Virus record (IMG/VR): IMGVR_UViG_3300035682_000005
Direction: 5' to 3' (one strand)
Source: a virus
Length of the DNA stretch: 64,000 bases
Made by a program: the position numbers and the translations under genes. Below the pieces are notes generated by a model, which was given only the letters and a program-made list of their open reading frames with translations, was not told where the DNA came from and made no database searches. Of this stretch, positions 19,759-28,701 are shown piece after piece; position 1 is the stretch's first letter; every line of letters begins with the position of its first letter.

Positions 19759-20331
19759 ATGCCAACTTACGAAGTAGTAAACAGAAATTTTCAGTCTCCG
19801 TTGAACTTCGAGTTCAGAGTTGATCGTCTCACAGACTTCAACTATTTCGTACAGAAGATCAATCTTCCTGATCTAAGCATTACGCCTGCATCGAATGGTG
19901 GTACAAATCCTCTCGTTAAAATTCCCATTCCTGGTGATAGCATTGACTTCGGTGAGTTATCAATCGACTTTAAAGTTGATGAAGGCATGAACAACTGGTA
20001 TGAGATATACGCATGGATGCGTGGCATCTCTTTCCCAGAAGATAATCAACAGTATGCAGATTGGTTAGCAGGTCGCACAACAAACTTAAATGGTGTGCCT
20101 CTTTCAACTCCAATGAACATGAACACTGTACAAGGTACAGGCACACTAATCATCAACACAAGTCAAAACAATCCATGCTTAAAGATCACGTTTGTTGATA
20201 TGCACCCTGTAAGCCTTGGTGAGCTTGTTTTTGATACAAGAGAGACTGACGTTCTGTATGTGACAGCGAGCGTATCATTTAAGTATAGCTATTTTCTTGT
20301 TGAGAAGATAGTTCAATCCACTTCAGTTTAG
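19759..20331 (+). CDS. gp3: Tail tube terminator/completion protein gp3
   Basis: NFQSP..F, PGDSIDFGELSIDFKVDEGMNNW, ASVSFKY; usual position after gp23. Confidence 0.8.
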   Translation: MPTYEVVNRNFQSPLNFEFRVDRLTDFNYFVQKINLPDLSITPASNGGTNPLVKIPIPGDSIDFGELSIDFKVDEGMNNWYEIYAWMRGISFPEDNQQYADWLAGRTTNLNGVPLSTPMNMNTVQGTGTLIINTSQNNPCLKITFVDMHPVSLGELVFDTRETDVLYVTASVSFKYSYFLVEKIVQSTSV

Positions 20332-20339
20332 GAGTTTGT

Positions 20340-20705
20340 ATGGCTATAACGAAGAAGAAAACGATACAAAGAAAAACACCTCGTAGAGTGAAGATTGGGT
20401 ACTTGGACTTTAAGTTAGTTCCTCGTTCAAAAAAGTGGAGCATTAAACACAAAGCTCTTGGTATGTGTATTCCTGAAGATGCACACATTGCATACTACTC
20501 TAAACAAAAGAAATCTGAAATAGTAAACACTATAATACACGAACTTCTACATGGTGTTGTATACATGTTTGATATCAATTTTAGAAACTTGCGTGAAGAA
20601 GAAAAAGTTGTGCGCAAAATGGCAAATGGTCTTCATACCATATTCAAAGACAATCCTGAATTTTTAGAATGGCTAGTTCAGAATTCAGTCAAAGATGATG
20701 AATAA
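20340..20705 (+). CDS. Small HExxH metallopeptidase-like protein
   Basis: NTIIHELLHG..EEKVV. Confidence 0.55.
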   Translation: MAITKKKTIQRKTPRRVKIGYLDFKLVPRSKKWSIKHKALGMCIPEDAHIAYYSKQKKSEIVNTIIHELLHGVVYMFDINFRNLREEEKVVRKMANGLHTIFKDNPEFLEWLVQNSVKDDE

Positions 20706-20952
20706 GATTCCAGAGTGGGTTGAGAAACTAAAGCAAGGTGATTTCTTTGTAATAGTGTTTCCCTACACTGGCAATACTGTGTGCGCCAAAGTCATAGAAA
20801 ATAATCCAACTCCATCAGATAGCATTTACTTTGGCACTATTACAGTAAATTACTCAATTAACAATTCCTCAAAACACGAGGATTTACTCTACGACGATTA
20901 TTCAAAAGAGCCAGAATACTTTGACAACTGGCATGCTTTTAGAGTAACATAG
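20698..20952 (+). CDS. Hypothetical protein
   Basis: ORF coupled to the upstream gene. Confidence 0.5.
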   Translation: MNKIPEWVEKLKQGDFFVIVFPYTGNTVCAKVIENNPTPSDSIYFGTITVNYSINNSSKHEDLLYDDYSKEPEYFDNWHAFRVT

Positions 20953-20982
20953 CCCTGTATCAATGACTGTAAAACCATTATT

Positions 20983-21414
20983 ATGAAACTCGAAGAAATT
21001 GAAGCACTGTGGGAACAAGACGCCAAAGTTGATCGTACAGACTTGGACAATGAAAGTCTCAAGATTCCAATGTTACATAGTAAGTATTACAAGATCTACT
21101 TGCGCGAAAGAGTACAACTCAAAGCAGAAGAGCAAGAGTATAAAATCTTCTATAAACTCAAGCACGAATACTATACAGGCAAAATGTCAAAGGAAGAGCT
21201 TGATGAGCATGGTTGGCAACCATTTCAGTTTGTTCTCAAGAATGACTTACACGTATACATTGATGCTGACAAAGATATTGCAGAACGACTACTTAAACTT
21301 CAAGTACAGCGCGAAAAGGTAGACTTGCTAGAAAGCATCATTAAAACACTCAACGGTCGTGGATTTCTGATTAAAAACGCGATAGACTTTATCCGTTTCA
21401 CGAGTGGAGCATAA
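20983..21414 (+). CDS. uvsY: Recombination mediator UvsY
   Basis: WEQDAKVD, ESLKIPMLHSKY, YYTGK, IKNAIDF. Confidence 0.9.
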   Translation: MKLEEIEALWEQDAKVDRTDLDNESLKIPMLHSKYYKIYLRERVQLKAEEQEYKIFYKLKHEYYTGKMSKEELDEHGWQPFQFVLKNDLHVYIDADKDIAERLLKLQVQREKVDLLESIIKTLNGRGFLIKNAIDFIRFTSGA

Positions 21415-21415
21415 T

Positions 21416-21517
21416 ATGTTAGACAACAAGCTCGCCACAATCGTTGGTGCGTGTCTTTTTGTATCTTGGTTTATTGTGTTTTGTATCATCAGCTTTATAC
21501 AGTATCATCTTAACTAG
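21416..21517 (+). CDS. Putative 33-aa single-pass membrane peptide
   Basis: MLDNKLATIVGACLFVSWFIVFCIISFIQYHLN; ATG 1 nt after the uvsY stop, with GGAG upstream. Confidence 0.4.
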   Translation: MLDNKLATIVGACLFVSWFIVFCIISFIQYHLN

Positions 21518-21602
21518 ACATCACGAGGTTGCTCAGGATCACCGGTAATGAATTATCTCTACTAGAGCAGTCTACAGCACAGGAACACGGCTATTTTATT
21601 AG

Positions 21603-21610
21603 TATAAATA
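21603..21610 (+). promoter_or_regulatory. T4-type late promoter TATAAATA upstream of uvsW
   Basis: Exact consensus, intergenic. Confidence 0.75.
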
Positions 21611-21638
21611 ATCCAAAGGTATAATTTTACTTTTGGAA

Positions 21639-23114
21639 ATGGATAAAATCTCGACATCAAAACTTGATGAAGTTTACTTACAAGTCTCATGCGACTCTGG
21701 TATTGCACGTGAGTTGTCTGAGTTTTTTAGTTTCTTTGTTCCAGGTTATCAGTTCATGCCAGCGTACAAGATGCGCATGTGGAATGGCAAGGTTAATTTG
21801 TTTAACCAGATGAACTATACGCTATACATTGGTTTGCTACCTTACTTAAAGGAATTTTGCGAAGCTCGTGATTACACACTTGACGTTGCGGATGAGCTGT
21901 CAAGTAAGCAGAAATGTTCGTTTGAAGATTGTCAAAAGTTTCTGGAAACATTAGAACTGCCGTTTGAAGCAAGAGACTACCAGATAGAAGCAATACGACA
22001 CGGCATAAAAAATCATAGAGCATTGTTGTTATCTCCAACAGGGTCAGGAAAGAGTCTCATTATATACGCACTCACGAGATACTACAACAAAAAAACTCTC
22101 GTTATTGTTCCAACTATTTCTCTCGTATCACAGATGTTTTCCGATTTTAAAAACTATGCGAAGAATCAACCTGAGTACAATGTAGACAAGATATGTCATC
22201 CCATCTACGGAGGTCAAGAAAAAATCACAGATAAAAAAATTGTTATCTCAACATGGCAATCCATTTACAAACTTCCTAAGTCATGGTTTGAGCAATTTGA
22301 TGTTGTCATTGGTGATGAAGTACATTTGTTTAAAGCAAAATCGTTGATGAGTATCATGACAAAGTTAGACAAAGCGCAATTTCGTTTTGGTACTACTGGA
22401 ACTCTTGACGGCACACAAACCCATAAACTTGTTCTTGAGGGATTGTTTGGTACTACATTTGCAGTCACAACAACAAAACAGTTAATGGACAAAAAGCATC
22501 TTGCAGAACTCAGTATCGAATGCATTGTACTCAAGTATGATAACGACATGATTAAAGCACGAAAGAAAGATACGTATCAAGATGAAATAAAGTTTCTTGT
22601 GCAACATGAAAAGCGCAACATGTTTATTCGCAATTTGGCTGTTTCAACAAAATCAAACACCCTTGTTATTTTTCAGCTCGTAGAATTGCATGGAAAAGTG
22701 CTATACAATTTAATCAAAGAAAAGGCACATAAGATCAATCCAAATCGAAAGGTGTTTTTTGTAGCAGGCGAAACTGATGCTGATGTTCGAGAAGAGATAC
22801 GACAAATTACTGAGAGTGAGAAAGATGCAATCATTGTTGCATCCAGCGGAGTTTTTTCGACCGGAGTAAACATTCGCAATCTTGAAAACATTATCTTTGC
22901 ATCTCCAACAAAGAGTCGCATCAAGACGCTACAATCGATTGGACGCACACTACGAATTGGTGACAATTCAGATAAAGCAAAACTTTACGACATTGTTGAT
23001 GATATGACAGACAAATCTCATAAGAACTTTGCTGTAAAACATTTCTTAGAGCGAGTCAAGATCTACAATGAAGAGAAGTTCAAATACAAGCTACACAAGG
23101 TAAATTTGTTTTAA
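21639..23114 (+). CDS. uvsW: SF2 helicase UvsW
   Basis: SPTGSGKS, DEVH, GTTGT, QSIGRTLR. Confidence 0.95.
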   Translation: MDKISTSKLDEVYLQVSCDSGIARELSEFFSFFVPGYQFMPAYKMRMWNGKVNLFNQMNYTLYIGLLPYLKEFCEARDYTLDVADELSSKQKCSFEDCQKFLETLELPFEARDYQIEAIRHGIKNHRALLLSPTGSGKSLIIYALTRYYNKKTLVIVPTISLVSQMFSDFKNYAKNQPEYNVDKICHPIYGGQEKITDKKIVISTWQSIYKLPKSWFEQFDVVIGDEVHLFKAKSLMSIMTKLDKAQFRFGTTGTLDGTQTHKLVLEGLFGTTFAVTTTKQLMDKKHLAELSIECIVLKYDNDMIKARKKDTYQDEIKFLVQHEKRNMFIRNLAVSTKSNTLVIFQLVELHGKVLYNLIKEKAHKINPNRKVFFVAGETDADVREEIRQITESEKDAIIVASSGVFSTGVNIRNLENIIFASPTKSRIKTLQSIGRTLRIGDNSDKAKLYDIVDDMTDKSHKNFAVKHFLERVKIYNEEKFKYKLHKVNLF

Positions 23115-23144
23115 TAAATATTTTAAGAACAACGAGGTGCAGTT

Positions 23145-23567
23145 ATGACAGTAATAAAAGTTTTGAAACTCACTACAGGCGATGAGATCATTGGAATTGT
23201 ACAAGATGGTCGAGATATGGAGCCAGATGCCGATGGCTTTACTGTAGAAAATTTGTTGTTTCTAACTGCTCCACTAAAAGTCATATCACGTTATGATGAG
23301 AAGTTGAAAGCACATTCTTTGTATCTTGCAGACTGGGTTCCATCGATTGGTGAAGACACGTTGCCAATTGATAAACGAAACATCTTAACACTTGGCAACC
23401 CAAACACTGATCTTGAAAGCCACTACTACGAATTGATTCTTGCTAAAGATATGAAACAGCAAGCCAAGAAACAAGAACAAGAATTGGGTGTGCAGAAGAG
23501 TACGGAAGAAGCACTGTTAAAAGAGTTGTTGAAGGATTGCGACTTTGATGATGACGACATGAATTAA
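23145..23567 (+). CDS. Conserved T4-like hypothetical protein (Sm-like KLxxGEEI family)
   Basis: IKVLKLTTGDEIIG; follows uvsW. Confidence 0.55.
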   Translation: MTVIKVLKLTTGDEIIGIVQDGRDMEPDADGFTVENLLFLTAPLKVISRYDEKLKAHSLYLADWVPSIGEDTLPIDKRNILTLGNPNTDLESHYYELILAKDMKQQAKKQEQELGVQKSTEEALLKELLKDCDFDDDDMN

Positions 23568-23802
23568 ATGCTTTCCATTGTAGTTATGTATTCAGCTAGT
23601 TAGGACATCAAAAATCAATAGGAATATCGATTCTGATACATGACATAGGTCCGTGTTAAAAACCTGTCCTATTGCTGTTTTCAAGTGTTGTAAAACCGTG
23701 CTGTAAAAATTATTTTTCATCCATGTATGGAAGTCGCGGTTTTTATTCACTTGGAATACTACATACGCTTGTAGCGCCTTCAGCATATCTTTAACTAAAG
23801 GC

Positions 23803-24060
23803 TTTAATAAATCCTATAAGGCCTTATTAGGCCTTTATTAAACCCCTCCACAATCACATTTGATATCTACTTGCACAGCAAGTCACACAAAAACATCATG
23901 GATAAAAACAGGCGTTTGTGGAAAGATTCATGAAAATTTTCTTGCATGATTCTTTCAGGTTCTTTATAAGACCTTATTAGAACCTTCCTAACCTAAACCT
24001 TTCTAAGACCTAAACCTTCCTAAGACCTAAACCTTAAAACCTTTTAAGGAACCTAAACCC
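23803..24060. repeat. Non-coding inverted and direct repeat locus upstream of gp55
   Basis: Inverted repeat tttaataaa...tttattaaa around the palindrome ataaggccttat; ACCTAAACC at 23991, 24008, 24025 and 24051. Confidence 0.8.
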
Positions 24061-24116
24061 AAAATCTCTAAAAGATTTTCTTGTATTAGTTTTAACATAT
24101 GTTAGTATCATAGACT

Positions 24117-24719
24117 ATGAAGCAAAAATCAGAAGCAAAGAAACCCCAGCACTATGTAAACAATGCGGAGTTTCTTAAACACATGAAAGAACACATTACT
24201 GCTGTGAACACTGCAAAGAAGGCTGAACAAACTCTTCCTAGGGTTTCAGATTATATTGGTGAATGTATTGTCAACATCGCAAACAAGTTAGCTAACAAGC
24301 CAAACTTTATGAACTATCCATTTCGAGAAGAGATGATTTCAGATGGCATAGAAAATTGTTTGCAGTATTTGAATAATTTTAATCCCGACAAGTCTTCTAA
24401 TCCATTTGCATACTTTACACAAATTATCTACTACGCTTTTGTACGACGAATACAAAAAGAAAAGAAACAGCTGTACACGAAATATCGCATGATTGAAGAA
24501 TCACTACTACACGATATTCATGATGTGGAAAACGTATCAGCAAGCAGATATGGCAGCGATCAAGCTGATCTGAATATGCATGAGTTTGTAGAAAATTTTG
24601 AAAAAAGTCGTGAGAACAAAAAGAAGAAAACAAAAGAAGCAAAATCTTCAAAGAAGAAAAAGTCTGGGTCAGACTTTGATGACATCTTTGATCAGTACAA
24701 AGATCTTCCAGAACAATAG
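24117..24719 (+). CDS. gp55: Late sigma factor gp55
   Basis: HYVNNAEF, NFMNYPFREEMISDGIENC, NPFAYFTQIIYYAFVRRIQKEKKQ. Confidence 0.96.
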   Translation: MKQKSEAKKPQHYVNNAEFLKHMKEHITAVNTAKKAEQTLPRVSDYIGECIVNIANKLANKPNFMNYPFREEMISDGIENCLQYLNNFNPDKSSNPFAYFTQIIYYAFVRRIQKEKKQLYTKYRMIEESLLHDIHDVENVSASRYGSDQADLNMHEFVENFEKSRENKKKKTKEAKSSKKKKSGSDFDDIFDQYKDLPEQ

Positions 24720-24733
24720 CAGCGAGAGTGTCT

Positions 24734-25006
24734 ATGAGTTTAGGAAAGAAAAAACAGGAAATTTTGGACAGCCTGTACGATCATTGTAGCTGTCGCACAA
24801 ATAGATCCAAAGATGTTTTGCAAAAACTTTTGGATGATGTAAAAATATATCCAGGCAATACTGGAAAAGAAAAACTTCTAGCAATTATACGCGAGTATAA
24901 AGCCACCGGAAAAAATCTTGAATCCACAGTGAATTTAATATATGATGTTCTATATCCTGTCAAAACAGGCACAACATCAATCAACACTAATGAGTATAAG
25001 TGGTAG
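24734..25006 (+). CDS. Hypothetical protein
   Basis: ORF in the gp55-gp47 gap. Confidence 0.5.
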   Translation: MSLGKKKQEILDSLYDHCSCRTNRSKDVLQKLLDDVKIYPGNTGKEKLLAIIREYKATGKNLESTVNLIYDVLYPVKTGTTSINTNEYKW

Positions 25007-25015
25007 CAGATTCTG

Positions 25016-25198
25016 ATGTCAAAACAAAAAACAACGAAGAAAGTTTCTTCAGCTAAAACTACAAAAAAGAAAGTGACACCCAAGAAAGCGTTGCTTACTG
25101 ATTTGCTTGAAGTAATCGACAAGCACGTTGCAAATGGAAATTTTGCTACACGAGATGAAGCAATCAATCAAATTATTGTTACATTCTTTGTTGGCTAA
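25016..25198 (+). CDS. Small basic protein, possibly a ribbon-helix-helix DNA-binder
   Basis: Lys-rich N-terminus; IDKHVANGNFATRDEAI resembles the IDxLVxxGxYxSRSEAI pattern. Confidence 0.4.
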   Translation: MSKQKTTKKVSSAKTTKKKVTPKKALLTDLLEVIDKHVANGNFATRDEAINQIIVTFFVG

Positions 25199-25219
25199 AC
25201 ATTGTAAAGATATTTAATT

Positions 25220-26302
25220 ATGCTTGTGGCAATTATCACCGACACGCACTGTGGTGCTGGTAACGACAATCAATCTCTTAACGAATTCTTTTTGAGATTC
25301 TATGAAGAAGTGTTTTTTCCGTATTTGAAAGAACACAACATCAAGACCGTTTTACATCTTGGCGACACGTTCGATAGACGCAAGTACATCAATTTTAGTA
25401 CACTTCATTCATGGCAGAATCGAGTCTTTACGCCAATGAACGATATGTGTGATCGTGTTGATCTTCTTATTGGTAATCACGACACATACTACAAGAACAC
25501 AAACAAAGTAAACAGTGTCCAAGAGCTGTTGAGCATTTACGATAAGTTCAACGTGTATGTTGAGCCTAGTGAAGTTACTCTTGGTGAACGCAAGTTCATG
25601 TACGTGCCATGGATCTGTGAAGACAATGCACAGCGCACACTTGAGATGATCAACAAATCAGATGCTCACGTATGTGCTGGACATCTTGAGCTTATCGGCT
25701 TCGAGATGTATGCTGGACACATTAACGCAGACAAAGGTCTTCGGTCTGAACTCTTTGATAAGTTCTATATGACAATGAGTGGTCACTTTCACCAGAAGTC
25801 ATCTCTTGGTAACATACATTACCTTGGAGCTCCATATGCTATGATGTGGGGTGATTGGGGATCTCTTAAAGGTTTTCACGTTCTCGACACTGAGACACTT
25901 GAGTTGACGTTTGTTGAAAATCACATTCAGATGTTTCATAAGATCTATTACAACGACACGAACGAGACGTTTGACACGTTGATGAGTAAAGATCATTCAA
26001 ACATTGCAGGTAAATTTGTAAAATTGATTGTTCAAAAGAAAAACAACCCATATTGGTTCGATCAACTTGTTGACAGTTTGCAGAAGCACAATCCAGCAGA
26101 TCTATCAGTAATAGAATCAGCATTTGAGGAAGGTATTTCTGATGATGTCGATATTGACCAAGCAAAAGACACGCTGACTATTTTGAAAGAATGTGTTGAG
26201 TCATTAGAGATCAGTGATCATAAGAACTCACTAAATGATTTATTGCGAGAGTTGTATCTCGAAGCATTAAACTCAAATGAGCACATTCAAAGTAATGGCT
26301 AG
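25220..26302 (+). CDS. gp47: Recombination nuclease gp47 (Mre11/SbcD-like)
   Basis: TDTH, LGDTFDRRK, GNHD, SGHFH. Confidence 0.95.
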   Translation: MLVAIITDTHCGAGNDNQSLNEFFLRFYEEVFFPYLKEHNIKTVLHLGDTFDRRKYINFSTLHSWQNRVFTPMNDMCDRVDLLIGNHDTYYKNTNKVNSVQELLSIYDKFNVYVEPSEVTLGERKFMYVPWICEDNAQRTLEMINKSDAHVCAGHLELIGFEMYAGHINADKGLRSELFDKFYMTMSGHFHQKSSLGNIHYLGAPYAMMWGDWGSLKGFHVLDTETLELTFVENHIQMFHKIYYNDTNETFDTLMSKDHSNIAGKFVKLIVQKKNNPYWFDQLVDSLQKHNPADLSVIESAFEEGISDDVDIDQAKDTLTILKECVESLEISDHKNSLNDLLRELYLEALNSNEHIQSNG

Positions 26303-26305
26303 AGT

Positions 26306-28018
26306 ATGATAATTTTTAAAAAAGTTAGATGGAAGAATCTTCTATCGACTGGAAACAACTTTACTGAAATTGACCTCAACACGAATCACGGAACGATTCT
26401 TCTTGGTCAATCTGGCAGCGGCAAGAGTACACTACTTGATGCGATTGCGTTTGCGTTGTTTAATAGACCTTTCCGTAACATTAACAAGAATCAACTTGTC
26501 AACACACTCAACCAAAAAAACTGTCTTGTAGAGATTGAATTCAGCATTGGTACACAAGAGTACCATATTCGCCGCGGCATTAAGCCAACACTCTTTGAGA
26601 TCTTTTGTAACAACAACCTTATTAACCAAGACTCGCATACGAAAGACTATCAACAATATCTTGAGAGAAGTATTCTCAAGTTTAACTTTAAAGCATTCAC
26701 TCAAATCATCGTTCTTGGAGCTTCTAACTTTACGCCGTTCATGCAATTGAAACCAGCCGATCGTCGTATCATCATTGAAGGTCTTCTTGACATTGAGATC
26801 TTTTCTGTGATGAATGCTATCTTAAAGCAAAGAGTGTCAACACTCAAGGGAGTTTCGCAAGAAAATGATTATGCACTTTCTCTTACGAAGGAAAAGATTG
26901 AACTGCAATCAAAGTATATTTCAGATCTGTCGCACAGTAAGCAAGAAAAGATTCAAGAGAACCTTGCCCTTATTGAAAAAAACAAAGAGCAAGCAAAGAC
27001 AATTTTTGATGAGATAGAAACTCAAAAAAATACTATCGTTGGACTTCGAGAGCAGTTAAACTTCAAGAGTGAACTTGTGTCACAGATTGATAAGATTAAA
27101 GATATCAAGACCAAACTTGATAGTAACATTAAAAAGACTCGCCGAGAAATTGCGTTTTATGAAGAAAACGATAATTGTCCTACTTGCCATCAGAACATTC
27201 CTGGCGATTTTAAGCTGGTAGAGATTGGCAAAAAGAACTCTAAGATTTCAGAGTGGCACACCGGCATCACCGATGCTGAATCTGCAATGTCTCGCTTCTT
27301 GACTAAGATGGAAGAAGCAAGAACAATTGAGGACCACATTGATTCTATACAAAGTCAAATTGTTAAGAATCAAAGTATGATTGGTGGTATTAATCAGTTC
27401 ATCAAAAAAGTCGCAAAAGACACACTTGATCTCAAGAATCAGCAAGATGCTCCACAAGAGTGTAATGAGCGTTTGCTTGAGTTAAATGCAGATCAAGAAC
27501 AACTTGAGCGCAACAAGATTACATTCTCGAACCAGAAGAACATTCAAGATCTTGCTACTGCACTTTTAAAAGATGGTGGTGTGAAAGCGCGAATCATCAA
27601 GCAATATCTTCCATTGATCAATAAGCACACGAACATCTTTCTTAATGCGATGAACTTTTTTGTGACGTTCAACATCGATGAAGAGTTTAATGAGTGTATT
27701 AAGTCTCGTGGACGCGATGACTTTGCATATGAGAACTTCAGTGAAGGTGAAAAGCAACGTATCGACCTTGCACTTCTCTTTACTTGGAGAACAATTGCAA
27801 AAATGAAGAATAGTGTGAACACTAACCTTTTGATTATGGATGAAGTGTTGGACAGCTACTTGGATCAAACAGCCACAGAAAATGTTCTCCAACTTTTAAA
27901 TTCTGACATGTTTAAGGATACAAACGTGTTTGTTATTTCCCATAAAGAAACCATATCTGACAAATTCCAGAAAACAATTCGCTTTACAAAGAATAAAAAT
28001 TTTAGTAATATTGTGTAA
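26306..28018 (+). CDS. gp46: Recombination ATPase gp46 (Rad50/SbcC-like)
   Basis: GQSGSGKST, CPTC hook, FSEGEKQRIDL, IMDE. Confidence 0.96.
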   Translation: MIIFKKVRWKNLLSTGNNFTEIDLNTNHGTILLGQSGSGKSTLLDAIAFALFNRPFRNINKNQLVNTLNQKNCLVEIEFSIGTQEYHIRRGIKPTLFEIFCNNNLINQDSHTKDYQQYLERSILKFNFKAFTQIIVLGASNFTPFMQLKPADRRIIIEGLLDIEIFSVMNAILKQRVSTLKGVSQENDYALSLTKEKIELQSKYISDLSHSKQEKIQENLALIEKNKEQAKTIFDEIETQKNTIVGLREQLNFKSELVSQIDKIKDIKTKLDSNIKKTRREIAFYEENDNCPTCHQNIPGDFKLVEIGKKNSKISEWHTGITDAESAMSRFLTKMEEARTIEDHIDSIQSQIVKNQSMIGGINQFIKKVAKDTLDLKNQQDAPQECNERLLELNADQEQLERNKITFSNQKNIQDLATALLKDGGVKARIIKQYLPLINKHTNIFLNAMNFFVTFNIDEEFNECIKSRGRDDFAYENFSEGEKQRIDLALLFTWRTIAKMKNSVNTNLLIMDEVLDSYLDQTATENVLQLLNSDMFKDTNVFVISHKETISDKFQKTIRFTKNKNFSNIV

Positions 28019-28701
28019 TGAGTAAAAATCATTCACACTATGAGAGGCATTTAATGAGTAGTGATCAAAAGCCTAGAAACATAGTATTGGTCAACGAGTT
28101 TACAGAATTTGGAGTGAAGAATTTCAAGTGTGATTTCGATGACATTAACAACAGCGCACTTCCTATTATCCCTGTTGTTATCGATAGTTTTGGTGGTGAA
28201 GTTTATTCACTTCTTGCTATGCTTGATATTATGTCAACTGCAACAAAGCCCATAGCTACGATAGCCATTGGTAAAGCAATGAGCTGTGGCAGTATTCTAC
28301 TTTCATGTGGTTCTCCTGGACTTCGTTTTGTTGGACCACACGCAACTGTTATGATTCATGATGTCGCAACAGTATCGTTTGGAAAAATTGAAGAGCTTAA
28401 AGCTGACGTTGGCGAAGGCGAGCGTTTGAATAACAAGATCTTTGATATGCTTGATGAGCGTTGTAAAAAACCTCGTGGATACTTTCAGAAAATTGTTGCC
28501 GAAAAAAAACATGCTAATTGGTACTTAGATGCAAAAGAGGTACTCAAGCATGGTGTTGCAGATCACGTCGGTTTGCCTGTTATTGATTCAACGTTTAAAC
28601 TCGATGTCGTGCGCGAGCAAGTAATTGAAAGTGCATCAAAGTCAAGGTCAAAAGCAAAGTCAAAAGCAAAGTCAAAAGCAAAATCTAAGACAACAAAATG
28701 A
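28018..28701 (+). CDS. clpP: ClpP-like serine protease with a basic repetitive tail
   Basis: IDSFGGEV, GKAMSCGS (catalytic Ser), MIHD (His), YLDAKE..GVAD. Confidence 0.8.
   Translation: MSKNHSHYERHLMSSDQKPRNIVLVNEFTEFGVKNFKCDFDDINNSALPIIPVVIDSFGGEVYSLLAMLDIMSTATKPIATIAIGKAMSCGSILLSCGSPGLRFVGPHATVMIHDVATVSFGKIEELKADVGEGERLNNKIFDMLDERCKKPRGYFQKIVAEKKHANWYLDAKEVLKHGVADHVGLPVIDSTFKLDVVREQVIESASKSRSKAKSKAKSKAKSKTTK

Noticed and set aside
21518-21600. Possible tRNA or ncRNA in the uvsY-uvsW gap
   Set aside because: No cloverleaf, T-loop motif or convincing stem was found by eye.
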